This document shows, piece after piece, positions 10,449 through 20,279 of a stretch of DNA of 64,000 nt. A program made the position numbers and the translations under genes. The stretch covers positions 7,132 through 71,131 of IMG/VR virus record IMGVR_UViG_3300005654_000003. The stretch is one strand, 5' to 3'. Below the pieces are notes generated by a model, which was not told where the DNA came from, did not search any database, and worked only from the letters and a program-made list of their open reading frames with translations. Numbering within the stretch: the stretch's first letter is position 1; every line of letters begins with the position of its first letter. Source of the DNA: a virus.

Positions 10449-11037
10449 CGTACATGAAGACATGTGTAATCTAATACGCATTTATGTGTATATTTACCAA
10501 AAATACTACAAACAGGCAGATTTTTGCATTAATGATTTTGCTATTTCTGCACATGCAAAAAAGTCTAAGTATCTGGTTTCCAGTGTACTAAAGACATCTA
10601 ATTGGGGTTCTATTGGGTTTGAATGGATGTTTACGTACATTTTATTCCAATTTGGTAGATTGACGTACTATAAGAAAAATGACCCACAAAGATTTACCCC
10701 CACTGTATTTGGTAAAATAACCCCTGCGGACTTATTTAAGAAATCTTCTGTAGATGCATGGATGGGTAGATATGCGACATATGATTATGCGGAGGAAAAA
10801 CATGTCTTTTGTGTAGACAATGGTATTTCAAAAAAAGAGATTAAAGATAGAGTATATCCACCAGTCAAAGAACAAGATATTAATTACGATGCTGTGAAAG
10901 ATTCAGATCGTAAATTGTTTTTAAATGAAAAACAAGGGATGGATTGGTGCATGAGTCAGTCCATTTACTTTAGCTCTACCTCAAAGATTTGTGCTCAGTG
11001 TAGATTTTCTGATAAATGCATCACTAGAGAATCCTAG
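10414..11037 (+). CDS. hypothetical protein with C-terminal CxxC..C motif
   Basis: 207 aa ORF overlapping the helicase end; ends convergent with the minus-strand block. Confidence 0.6.
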   Translation: MKKDKSSKLKNNVHEDMCNLIRIYVYIYQKYYKQADFCINDFAISAHAKKSKYLVSSVLKTSNWGSIGFEWMFTYILFQFGRLTYYKKNDPQRFTPTVFGKITPADLFKKSSVDAWMGRYATYDYAEEKHVFCVDNGISKKEIKDRVYPPVKEQDINYDAVKDSDRKLFLNEKQGMDWCMSQSIYFSSTSKICAQCRFSDKCITRES

Positions 11038-11488
11038 TGACATCTTCTGGCGTTAATGAAATGATCTCACCTTTATAGAGAATATCTATGTTTTTTTTCG
11101 TAAAATCAAACTGAGCTATACTGCCCACGCAAGTATTGCCTTCGTGTACAAATGTGACTTCGGATAGTTTACTGAAATAATTAACATAGTCCCATTTTTC
11201 CTGCATGCTTCTTTGCTCTTCATCTTTGTATATGAAGTTAGGGTAGCCAGAATTACCATAGATAATCATTTCAATGCTTTTCTTTACATCTGGTGAACTA
11301 AAGATATTGGGTAGCATGTTTCTATTAGCTATGTCTAAAATCTTATCTTTTTTCTTTTCAGCGACAAATGCCCAATATTTCTTGTGCTTTTGGTACGGAT
11401 ATATTTTAGAACGTAGCACGCATATTACATATTCTCGCTGTAATACCTCAAAGAGTTCGTATATTGATAAATTTCTTGACTTTGCCAT
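11024..11488 (-). CDS. hypothetical protein
   Basis: 154 aa; preceded by the TATATTTATA motif. Confidence 0.7.
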   Translation of the reverse strand: MAKSRNLSIYELFEVLQREYVICVLRSKIYPYQKHKKYWAFVAEKKKDKILDIANRNMLPNIFSSPDVKKSIEMIIYGNSGYPNFIYKDEEQRSMQEKWDYVNYFSKLSEVTFVHEGNTCVGSIAQFDFTKKNIDILYKGEIISLTPEDVTRIL

Positions 11489-11516
11489 TGTTTCTATATT
11501 ATATAAATATAGTAAA

Positions 11517-12479
11517 CTAGGCTAATTTGTTGGCTTTAATGGTATTAGAGATGTATGTTTCACCCGTGATAATGTGATCTGATAAGACCGTTTGTAATTG
11601 CTTAGCACTTATGTCGCCTGCATCTACATCAAAATATGGTATGTTAGCGATCATGACTGACTCAAAGTGTGGTGACGTTTTATTGTACGCCTTAGTGATC
11701 ATTCGATGCACGTCATTGTCATACATGAGAATCAAAGTCTTCACCATTGTTTTTTCTTTTATTCTATGAAGCTGCTCATCTGATACTTTACATCCAAATG
11801 TACATACGCATTTAATTTCATGCTGTTTATCAAGCCCTAATAGATTCTCAATGTTTATTTTATCAAATAAGCCTTCAACAACAATTAAAGTTTCTGTAGC
11901 ACCATTTATTTCATCAAATCCAAATAGTATTTTACTAAATGCTGTGATAGAGTTTAAATACTTTGGCTGCTGCTGACCAGTAGTGTCCCTTGCTATATAT
12001 CCACAAACGGCTTCATCTTGTGTAATGGCTACTACAATGTATTTCCTGAGACGGGTAGTGAGATTTGTGTACCCTACAATGTATTTTTTAAAGTCGGTAA
12101 TGCCACGTGATGTAGCATAGGCATCTTCATATACTCTTTTAAAACCTAAAGGCAGTGATTCGGCTTTAATAGATAGATCAATGTCTTCATTTTTTTGAAT
12201 ACTATCGAAAACCAATAGTTCCAGCTTATTTTCTAAATTGACCGTGTTTAGGTTATCCAGTAGACTCGTTTCACCTAGCTCCTTTAATAATTTTGGTAAA
12301 AACCCAGATTCTCCACACTTGGATTTACGCCAGCATTGGAATGGGTAGTTTTCTTTTTCTATATTAATATAGAATTCATCTTGTCCGCAAAAAGGACACT
12401 CAGATCTCACATTACCCTTAGAATCAGGTCGTCTAACTCTTCTTAATAGAGATAATATTTGCTCAGGATCAATTCTCAC
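11517..12479 (-). CDS. DNA primase (zinc finger + TOPRIM)
   Basis: CPFC...CWRKSKC zinc-binding domain, PKYLNS, VVEGLFD, LMYDND. Confidence 0.9.
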   Translation of the reverse strand: MRIDPEQILSLLRRVRRPDSKGNVRSECPFCGQDEFYINIEKENYPFQCWRKSKCGESGFLPKLLKELGETSLLDNLNTVNLENKLELLVFDSIQKNEDIDLSIKAESLPLGFKRVYEDAYATSRGITDFKKYIVGYTNLTTRLRKYIVVAITQDEAVCGYIARDTTGQQQPKYLNSITAFSKILFGFDEINGATETLIVVEGLFDKINIENLLGLDKQHEIKCVCTFGCKVSDEQLHRIKEKTMVKTLILMYDNDVHRMITKAYNKTSPHFESVMIANIPYFDVDAGDISAKQLQTVLSDHIITGETYISNTIKANKLA

Positions 12480-12488
12480 GCAACAAAT

Positions 12489-13403
12489 CTACAACTTCTT
12501 TCCCTTTGATGCTAATTTATCTTTCATTTTTTGCTCCACAGCTTTTGCTATAGATCTTTTTACATCGTGTAGTGTCTGTGCTCCTACTGGCTTTGGAGAT
12601 AGAGGTTCTGCTTCTACTGGTGAATCGGCAACGGGTGCTTCAATTACGTCTTCAAAATCTACATCTTCTACTATATCGTCTCGTTTATTGCTACCTGTAA
12701 TGACAGCAAATCCCTCTTTATTTGAATCGATATTGCCAAAAATTGTCAATAGTTCATTTTGCTCTTCTGCTGATAGTTTGGTAAAATCTAAATTAGAAAC
12801 ATCAATGGATTTTTGTTGTTCGTAATAGTTATTTAATTCCACCTTAAAGACTTTGGTATGTAAACCCATCATTTTTTCCTTCGCAATCATGACATCTACT
12901 GCTTTATTTAAAACATTAGATAATCTTTTGACGTAGTGTTCTCCATCCGAATCAATCTCGGTGTCTAGTAATTTGTTTTGCATGGCTTCATATCTATTGA
13001 TATGTAGTTCAATTAAACTTTTCTTTTCCCCCTCTAGTGCTTCTGAATATATTTGTTTTAAGACCCCTAAATACTCGCTAGAACGTCCTTTGGCTAATTT
13101 GTTTTCACTAAGCCAAGTCTTTGCTTTAAAGTAGTTTCCTGACTCAAAGTAGATGTCCATGGCCTGCTGCAAAATATCTTTATCAAGATCCTTAGATACT
13201 TCTTTGGATTTTAATTTTTCAGGTAATAGAGCTGATGTAGCTAAATACTGATTGAATGACTTCTTTGCTGCATCACTGAGCTCTGCATATCCCTTACGCT
13301 TAGCAAAAGATCTAAAGTATTTAAGATCATTGTCAAAAACCCATTTAAAGGTTTTTCCTTCGTATTTACCTGCGTTAAACTTGTACGATTTTTTACCACT
13401 CAT
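12489..13403 (-). CDS. hypothetical protein with N-terminal 'GKYxGK' small domain; possibly terminase small subunit-like
   Basis: FNAGKYEGKTFKWV motif; helical KEKMMGL segment resembles TerS. Weak. Confidence 0.4.
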   Translation of the reverse strand: MSGKKSYKFNAGKYEGKTFKWVFDNDLKYFRSFAKRKGYAELSDAAKKSFNQYLATSALLPEKLKSKEVSKDLDKDILQQAMDIYFESGNYFKAKTWLSENKLAKGRSSEYLGVLKQIYSEALEGEKKSLIELHINRYEAMQNKLLDTEIDSDGEHYVKRLSNVLNKAVDVMIAKEKMMGLHTKVFKVELNNYYEQQKSIDVSNLDFTKLSAEEQNELLTIFGNIDSNKEGFAVITGSNKRDDIVEDVDFEDVIEAPVADSPVEAEPLSPKPVGAQTLHDVKRSIAKAVEQKMKDKLASKGKKL

Positions 13404-14104
13404 AGTGATAGATTGAATTCAGAGTCAGAGCATGAATTAGATTCAGAAATAGAAGTTGAGTTAGAATCAGAAATAGATATAGAGCTCTCGCTTTCATCCA
13501 CTACTTCTTCTATGGGGTCTTCATTAAAAGATACCTGTAAGATAAAATCACCCAGCTCTTCACTTTCGCATTCATCGGATGTATCTTGGGTTAATTCTTT
13601 GTATTTCTTTTTCCATACATCACAGTTACCAGAATTCAGAAGTGCTGATGTTTTGCATTTTTTTGATGCCTTAATGCATCTTTGAATCCAAATACCTAAA
13701 GATTTATCTGGTTCAATAGAGCCTAGTTCGATTTCTACATCACTTGTAGCACCCAATAGTTCAGAATAATAAGGTAGATCTCCTGTACCGCCAAGCAATT
13801 CATATTTGTCTTCACCCTTGCAATCGCCTGCTGATACCACCGCAATATTATAAGAAAAAATACTTTCAGATGGAAAGATCAATTTCATTTTCACACCCGA
13901 TGCCACAGTGTCATTTGTATTATGCAATGCCACCATTCTAATTTCTTTCTTATTGTTTTCAATATTAAAATTACTTGGTGAGGGAAAAATATTATTGTCC
14001 CTGCCACTTGGAATAGTGGTGCTTGATATATACCCACCTAAAGAAACAAGTGGATTCTTTTGAATCTCTTTGGGCTGATCTGCATTTGTATAAACTAACT
14101 TCAT
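13400..14104 (-). CDS. putative virion protein with Ser-rich C-terminal tail
   Basis: SLGGYISST motif; ends ESESSISISDSNSTSISESNSCSDSEF; last gene of the tail operon. Confidence 0.55.
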   Translation of the reverse strand: MKLVYTNADQPKEIQKNPLVSLGGYISSTTIPSGRDNNIFPSPSNFNIENNKKEIRMVALHNTNDTVASGVKMKLIFPSESIFSYNIAVVSAGDCKGEDKYELLGGTGDLPYYSELLGATSDVEIELGSIEPDKSLGIWIQRCIKASKKCKTSALLNSGNCDVWKKKYKELTQDTSDECESEELGDFILQVSFNEDPIEEVVDESESSISISDSNSTSISESNSCSDSEFNLSL

Positions 14105-14108
14105 AACT

Positions 14109-15023
14109 CTAAAATAATATTTTTTTTATAAAGGAGGCTGGATTAAGATGCTTTTCTGCACACTTTCTCATAAGAGCTCCATCCGAATGTTTCCATTTAC
14201 TTAATTCTTTCACTATATCGTCTACTGATGCTTCGTTTAATGGCTTTAAAGCCCGTGTAATCCATCCAGAAGAATTCGTTTCCAATCCTTCAAGAAATTT
14301 TTTCTCTGAATCAATATATCCTTCACTTGGAAATAATCCGCCATTTATTACTGGAATACCCATTGCCATAGCTTCATGCATGCATCTACCTGTAGCAACC
14401 ACCAAATCAGCCTCTCTAAGATCCTTTTCGACATTCCAGTTCGCTACATTACCAAAACAGTCTTCAATGCCTCCTATGACCTTTAAACAAAGCCCTAGTT
14501 GTTTACATGCCTGTTTAAGATTAATATATCCTACATCTCTATTTCTTGGCCTAAAAATCGCCACAGTATGCAATTCCTTGTTTAGTTTTACAGGCTTAAA
14601 TCTTTTAAGATCGACAAAGTTTCTAATGAGCACCTTGTCTTTGTGCTCTGTATGCTTCATAGATCTCTCTCCAAAGACAAATGATTTGTCGATATTCATG
14701 TCATCTTTAATGGCATAGTCAGGGTTCATGAGTCCGTGCACAAAAAAACCCTTTTTGGCAAATGTATCTTTTCTAAACTCAATATTGCTTTTGTAAGAAT
14801 AATAGATGTAATCGTAATCAGATTCTTGTGGATAGACAATGAAAAAGTTTGCAATGTATTGTTCTAAATAATCTTCAAAATGAGACGGGGTATAATTAGA
14901 GAATGGTACATAAAAATCTATCTCTATATCTTTTATTTCTTTTTTCAATGTAGCGATAAAAGTATATAAAAAGGTATTTACACCTGTAATATTAGTGTGA
15001 TTTGATGTTACCAGTACCCTCAT
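14109..15023 (-). CDS. glycosyltransferase, GT-B fold
   Basis: MRVLV..TGVNTF N-terminus, RNFVDLKRFKP, ADLVVATGRCMHEAMAMGIPVI (Ex7E-like segment). Confidence 0.85.
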   Translation of the reverse strand: MRVLVTSNHTNITGVNTFLYTFIATLKKEIKDIEIDFYVPFSNYTPSHFEDYLEQYIANFFIVYPQESDYDYIYYSYKSNIEFRKDTFAKKGFFVHGLMNPDYAIKDDMNIDKSFVFGERSMKHTEHKDKVLIRNFVDLKRFKPVKLNKELHTVAIFRPRNRDVGYINLKQACKQLGLCLKVIGGIEDCFGNVANWNVEKDLREADLVVATGRCMHEAMAMGIPVINGGLFPSEGYIDSEKKFLEGLETNSSGWITRALKPLNEASVDDIVKELSKWKHSDGALMRKCAEKHLNPASFIKKILF

Positions 15024-15442
15024 TAGTCAACGGTATATAAATTATCTTCTACAACATACCATTCGTAATCATTTCCACCTGATGACTGTGATGTGCCTCC
15101 ATGAAGTGTTTCAAGATAAATGAACTTCAATACTCGCCTTGCACCATCAGAGGTGTCTTCAATGCTTATGAGATCGGTATCTGTATCGTTGCCCAAAGTA
15201 TTTAATCGAATATTGTTTTCTGGATAAGATGACATGCTGGTGGATGAGCTATTGACCAATGTTATTCTACCAGAAGATACACCTACTTCTGAATATAGAT
15301 CCAAATACACTGTGTCGCCATGCTTTTGATTAGTGTGTGGCTCTAGTCGTATGATTAATAAAGGATTAGATGCATTAGTGTTTGTTAGCTTATAGTAATT
15401 AGTTCCTTCAACTATATCTAATATGTTTGCAGTTGTTGCCAT
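15023..15442 (-). CDS. hypothetical virion-associated protein
   Basis: 139 aa, beta-rich, coupled by TAATG overlaps within the tail operon. Confidence 0.55.
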   Translation of the reverse strand: MATTANILDIVEGTNYYKLTNTNASNPLLIIRLEPHTNQKHGDTVYLDLYSEVGVSSGRITLVNSSSTSMSSYPENNIRLNTLGNDTDTDLISIEDTSDGARRVLKFIYLETLHGGTSQSSGGNDYEWYVVEDNLYTVD

Positions 15443-17391
15443 TATGAGTAAAATGTTAAGTTAGTATTATCGCCTTGATCATTGATGTCGGATTCAGGCA
15501 CAAGCCCTGTAAAACCTGCTGTTTTTTCTAAAAATCCAGTGAGCCTCCAATTACCTTCGTCATCAAATATGGCTCTTAACCAAAGTCCGTGATCAGGTGA
15601 AATGTAATCTTCATCACGATTGGTGAATTCTCGTAGTATCGTTCCTGGACTACCAGACGACACAAAATCCTGAACTATAAATAGATTGTTCCCATCCCTC
15701 GTTAAATTAAATTTAAAGTGAATCCAAAACACATTGCCTTCCTGAGCATCTATTGTGGATAGGTTAATGTAGTGGTTCGTTCCAAGTGTAATTGTACCTT
15801 CAATAATTTGATACTGCTTGCTTGAACCGACAACTAAATTTTTAGTTGGGAACGCATTGTTTAATTGCGTTGTGCTCACTCCAAATAGATCGCCAGTAAT
15901 CAGAGACCCAATGGTATTAAAATAAGAAGCAGTAGCCATAGATAGTGGAATAAACCCTACCGTGTCGCTAGATGTATATGGCGTTTGAGATGGCGATGCA
16001 ATGAATACTCCATTATCGTCAAATTGACCTTCATTGTAAAAACCAATAGCATCATCTTGTGGTAAGAAAGATGGCGAATATTCTAGGAACTGCTTATATC
16101 TGTACGTAAATACATAGGATGTGCCTGTGGCCTTATATACTGACAATGGAACTTTTACTACATCTCTATTGATAGGGTAGTTGACAACTACATCAGGTAA
16201 TTCTACATTGTCGTCTGGATTAGATTTGAATATTAATTCTATTTCATCAGCATTTGGCACAACCAGCAATTGCTGTGTAGTGTCACTAAAGTCATCGGGA
16301 TTCGCTGCATCAAGATCAAAGTTTAATTGACTACCTGATTTAGAGCTGTTCTTCACATTCACATATTCTCCTGCCTCATTATATATTCTCCAACCATCTA
16401 AATCACCATTAGAGAAAAGAGTTACATCATTAGCTTTGTATCTACCTCCTTGTGCAGCATTAAATGTGATTCTATTTAATTTAGAGTTAAAGGACCAGTT
16501 GCTTGACCTTAATCCCCACGATGCATGAACAATATTGTTAAATCGAGGCCCTAAATTAACATCATACTTAATGCTTTCAACTCCAATTACAGGGTTAATG
16601 GCTTTGTTAAAATTTGTCAGTAATCCATTGTCTACTGACTTATACTTGTAATCTACACGTTTATCTTCTATTTCTAATATAGTGCCGTCATTCTTTACTC
16701 TAGCTAAGAAAAAATCTTCACCTGTTGTAAATGTCGGTGGCGTATTCACTGTTGTTTCTGCTACAAATTCTAGGTTACAGGAATCGTAGTTGAATATATC
16801 TTTTTCAGTTGAGGTGGGTACTGAACCTGGTGCGAACGTCCCAACCACAACTAACTTCAAGTCAGTTTCCGCTACAAAATTACCCTGTAATACTGCATTG
16901 TTGTCGTCCACAACCTCTAATACATCGTACTCCAATAGGTTATTTGTAGAATCAATGAGTTTTACCCTTGATGGAAAGTTTGGCTGACCCCTAAGTACTT
17001 GTGTTAATGTTCCATTTGATGTAGAACATGTAAGATTGCCATTGATGTCTATTGAAAATGTCCCTATTTCTTCATTAGCTATGGCGTAGCTGATTTTTAC
17101 CCAATACCATACATCGTCATTTGGTACAGTGATAGCGTTTGTAGCTGGCTTGTATATAAACTTACCATTACTGTCAAATGCTCTGATTTCATTGTGATTG
17201 ATCTCCAATGAAGACCCTTCTGTGATTTTGCCGTTTTCAAATAAACTAGAACCTTCATTGTCGATTAAACCAAAAGTCAATGAATTTTGCTGAAAGTATT
17301 TTACATATCCTTCATCTTGAACAAATTCCTTAAATCTGTTCAGTTCCGCTTTTTCTAAAAATAAACCTGTGCTGAATTTTAAACTACCCAT
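15442..17391 (-). CDS. baseplate/tail structural protein
   Basis: 649 aa, N/T/G/D-rich beta-strand composition; first gene after the late-type motif at 17412. Confidence 0.6.
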   Translation of the reverse strand: MGSLKFSTGLFLEKAELNRFKEFVQDEGYVKYFQQNSLTFGLIDNEGSSLFENGKITEGSSLEINHNEIRAFDSNGKFIYKPATNAITVPNDDVWYWVKISYAIANEEIGTFSIDINGNLTCSTSNGTLTQVLRGQPNFPSRVKLIDSTNNLLEYDVLEVVDDNNAVLQGNFVAETDLKLVVVGTFAPGSVPTSTEKDIFNYDSCNLEFVAETTVNTPPTFTTGEDFFLARVKNDGTILEIEDKRVDYKYKSVDNGLLTNFNKAINPVIGVESIKYDVNLGPRFNNIVHASWGLRSSNWSFNSKLNRITFNAAQGGRYKANDVTLFSNGDLDGWRIYNEAGEYVNVKNSSKSGSQLNFDLDAANPDDFSDTTQQLLVVPNADEIELIFKSNPDDNVELPDVVVNYPINRDVVKVPLSVYKATGTSYVFTYRYKQFLEYSPSFLPQDDAIGFYNEGQFDDNGVFIASPSQTPYTSSDTVGFIPLSMATASYFNTIGSLITGDLFGVSTTQLNNAFPTKNLVVGSSKQYQIIEGTITLGTNHYINLSTIDAQEGNVFWIHFKFNLTRDGNNLFIVQDFVSSGSPGTILREFTNRDEDYISPDHGLWLRAIFDDEGNWRLTGFLEKTAGFTGLVPESDINDQGDNTNLTFYS

Positions 17392-17438
17392 TTTATCTAT
17401 CTAATTAGTATTATAAAAATAATTAAATCCGTGTTCAA

Positions 17439-17470
17439 TTTGCCGTATGTTATTACTTTGTATATATTTG
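17439..17470 (+). promoter_or_regulatory. Bacteroidota housekeeping-type promoter (-33 TTTG, -7 TAnnTTTG)
   Basis: TTTG at 17439-17442, 20-nt spacer, TATATTTG at 17463-17470, ATG at 17476. Confidence 0.6.
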
Positions 17471-17475
17471 CCCTC

Positions 17476-17742
17476 ATGAATGATCCTAGAAGAATCTTTT
17501 GGTCTATGAATAATAACACTAAAAGAGAATATGAAATAAAAATCAAATACCCTGTTGTGAAAGATTTTACCTTTAATTATAAGGGTAATCAGTGTAGAGC
17601 ACACTATATGGAATTAGAAGATGGGAGTCGAGATTTATTATCGATTTCTGGTGCAATGATTCTTTGGAAAAAAGATAACCTGTCACAGAATGTGACCAGT
17701 AGGTTTTTAAGAACAGTAAATAAACTAATGCAAGATGATTAA
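17476..17742 (+). CDS. hypothetical protein (plus-strand island ORF1)
   Basis: In-frame ATG 17476 just after the promoter; overlaps ORF2. Confidence 0.6.
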   Translation: MNDPRRIFWSMNNNTKREYEIKIKYPVVKDFTFNYKGNQCRAHYMELEDGSRDLLSISGAMILWKKDNLSQNVTSRFLRTVNKLMQDD

Positions 17743-17947
17743 ACGTAAGTCAATACAGGAAGCCATAAGTGAACTCAATGCTGACAAAGAAGAGATGGCC
17801 AGCAAAATATCTCAAATGGTGGATAAGATGGAAAAAAAATTTAATGTCGATGTAGAATGCATCTTTTTAACCAAGAACGTGCCCGTAGGCGACAAAGAAG
17901 ACTACATGACTCCAAATAAGAACGTAACAATTAAAGTCGTATTTTAA
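17735..17947 (+). CDS. hypothetical protein (island ORF2)
   Basis: 70 aa, coupled to both neighbours. Confidence 0.6.
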   Translation: MIKRKSIQEAISELNADKEEMASKISQMVDKMEKKFNVDVECIFLTKNVPVGDKEDYMTPNKNVTIKVVF

Positions 17948-18270
17948 TGGAAACACATAGAAAATTAACCAGAAAGGGTGATGGCCTCACTAAAATGTCA
18001 AGTGATCACAAGTGGCTTGAATACGATAAGAACGGCATGAACCCCACCTCTCATAATGAAATAGCTGTAGGTAGAAGTTTGTTGTTATCACCATTTAATC
18101 CAGCGTACACATGGCAAACTACAGAAGTTGTGAAGATTGTTGAAGATGCTAAAAACAAAATTGAATTCACCACCATGAATAGCCATTACACACTAGAGAT
18201 ACTAGAGGGGGCTTATCAGTCTACATTAGAAGCAATAGAGCTCGGTAATTTTAATATTAAATCTAAATAA
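17947..18270 (+). CDS. hypothetical protein (island ORF3)
   Basis: 107 aa, TAATG overlap. Confidence 0.65.
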   Translation: METHRKLTRKGDGLTKMSSDHKWLEYDKNGMNPTSHNEIAVGRSLLLSPFNPAYTWQTTEVVKIVEDAKNKIEFTTMNSHYTLEILEGAYQSTLEAIELGNFNIKSK

Positions 18271-18482
18271 TGAATAAGTCGCCATATAAAATATCAGGAG
18301 ATGCCAGAAGAGAATTAAAAAAAGAGCTTGCTGATCTTAAATCATATAAAAGCAATTATTATTGGTGCAAATACATTGATGCTGAGCCAAATAAGGAATC
18401 TATACAACAAGATCATAAGCATTTATGCCCTGTTAGGACAAAAATATTGAGATTAGAGCATGCATTGAATGAAGAGGCTTAA
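18270..18482 (+). CDS. hypothetical protein (island ORF4)
   Basis: 70 aa, TAATG overlap; stop overlaps the convergent structural gene. Confidence 0.6.
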   Translation: MNKSPYKISGDARRELKKELADLKSYKSNYYWCKYIDAEPNKESIQQDHKHLCPVRTKILRLEHALNEEA

Positions 18483-20257
18483 CTGCCTGGGGCTTGAACC
18501 CACTTAAATATAGAGGTTACATTGTATGGAAATAAGTACTTTGTAGCCTCTTTTTCTACTGTATCATTAGATCTTTGTAGATTTCTATTTACACCCCAAA
18601 ACTCTAGTATGTTTGGTGTCTGTATAAATCCCTTGCTATAATCAGTATTTATGGGCTTTATAGATATATTCCTAACTTCTAATTCACCACCAGCTCCACT
18701 TGTATTATCAAGTGTAATTGATGGTAGTATTTTAACCACAGTATTTTGGAATGTTAAATTGTCTCCTAAATAACCAGATGTCTTTAATACTCTTTGAGCC
18801 TCAGAAGCATCGATGACCTGCCAATACGTTGCATCAGATGGATCAATTGTTTCTGGTACATCTCTTGTAGCTTTAAAATAGCTACTAAGCCATGATACGA
18901 TTGTATTGGCCCCATATGTCGTTCCTACGGCATTATATTGCTGAACCCTACCTACTCCATATATAGTTCCTGAAACCTTCTGAAAAGACGTTGTATTGAG
19001 TTGTTGTTCTGTAAAAAATTCGTTTTGAGCAGTATTATTTTGCACATTAAGTAAATCAGTCGGATTATTATTAAGATCAAAAGCACTTATTCCAAAAGTT
19101 AAGTTACCTACGTTCACATCTTGTTTTACCTCAAATGACACTTCATAGTCAAGATATGGATTTACTTTTATAAAATGTTGTTCACTAAACCCCCCAATAC
19201 CACCAGTTTCCCCACTTGGAACATTTTCAATCAACAAAGCACCTTCATTAATGCTAATGTCTCCGTCTGGATATAGATTAAAATCAGCGATTTCCGCAAT
19301 AGTATCTATTGGGTATTTTTCCGCATCGATGGTTTTATATAGTGGTGAACTGTTTCCAATATTCCACCCTACATTTTCATCTCTATTTAAAATAAAACAG
19401 AATTCATCAATGACGTTTCTGCATATTAAACGCAAGAATTCTCCATCTACCTGCTTTATATCAGTGATGGAACTATTGCTTAGGCTGGATGAGGTGGAGG
19501 AATCGTTAGAACCTGGGTGATCATATCCCTTTTCCTTGATAATCTGAATCGTTCCTCTATGTCTAACCTCATCTAAAGCATTCTGCATTAAATAGAACAA
19601 TTGTTCAATATCAGTAGATGTTCTACATACATTTATGCCTCTTTGGACAATATATTCTTCTAATAATTCTGGATCACGATAAAAGAATCTGTAATATCTC
19701 GCTAAACATACATACCATCCATAAAAATGGGTAATGCTACGCCAGAAATCTAAAAAATCCCTATCTCTGGTATTTGTTCCATCCGTTCCTCTATCCAAGT
19801 ATTTAGGAAGTAGCCCCTTTTTATATATCTTTTCTAATACGTTTACTGCCCATGAGATAGTACATACACCATTGTAGTCTACATAGGTGCTGAAATTGGA
19901 ATCGTCCCATGGCTGTCCAGGTGTCAGAAATTGATATTCACCTTCCAATTCTATAGAGTTAAATCCTAATGTACCTGTATTATCCGAGCCCTCTCTTTTA
20001 TATCTATATTCTACATAGAAAGTGTCGCTGGAATGAATCTGTATCGCCTCCACATTTGCTGTCGTAAGAGGTAAAAAATCAGAATATGTGATGCCATCTA
20101 TAGAATATCTGAATTCTTTATCAAAGTATCTATTAATGGTTTCCCCATCTACTTCATCTAAAAATGAAACTAAAGCAATTAAACCAATAATGGGGACTTC
20201 TGATTTTATGATCAGAACATCTCCGTTTTCAGTTGTTGTATTTTTGATAATTGCCAT
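18479..20257 (-). CDS. baseplate wedge/tail structural protein
   Basis: 592 aa in the tail module; Ser-rich linker SNDSSTSSSLSNSS; beta-rich C-terminal domain. Confidence 0.55.
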   Translation of the reverse strand: MAIIKNTTTENGDVLIIKSEVPIIGLIALVSFLDEVDGETINRYFDKEFRYSIDGITYSDFLPLTTANVEAIQIHSSDTFYVEYRYKREGSDNTGTLGFNSIELEGEYQFLTPGQPWDDSNFSTYVDYNGVCTISWAVNVLEKIYKKGLLPKYLDRGTDGTNTRDRDFLDFWRSITHFYGWYVCLARYYRFFYRDPELLEEYIVQRGINVCRTSTDIEQLFYLMQNALDEVRHRGTIQIIKEKGYDHPGSNDSSTSSSLSNSSITDIKQVDGEFLRLICRNVIDEFCFILNRDENVGWNIGNSSPLYKTIDAEKYPIDTIAEIADFNLYPDGDISINEGALLIENVPSGETGGIGGFSEQHFIKVNPYLDYEVSFEVKQDVNVGNLTFGISAFDLNNNPTDLLNVQNNTAQNEFFTEQQLNTTSFQKVSGTIYGVGRVQQYNAVGTTYGANTIVSWLSSYFKATRDVPETIDPSDATYWQVIDASEAQRVLKTSGYLGDNLTFQNTVVKILPSITLDNTSGAGGELEVRNISIKPINTDYSKGFIQTPNILEFWGVNRNLQRSNDTVEKEATKYLFPYNVTSIFKWVQAPGS

Positions 20258-20279
20258 AAAGCTATATTGTAAATATAAT

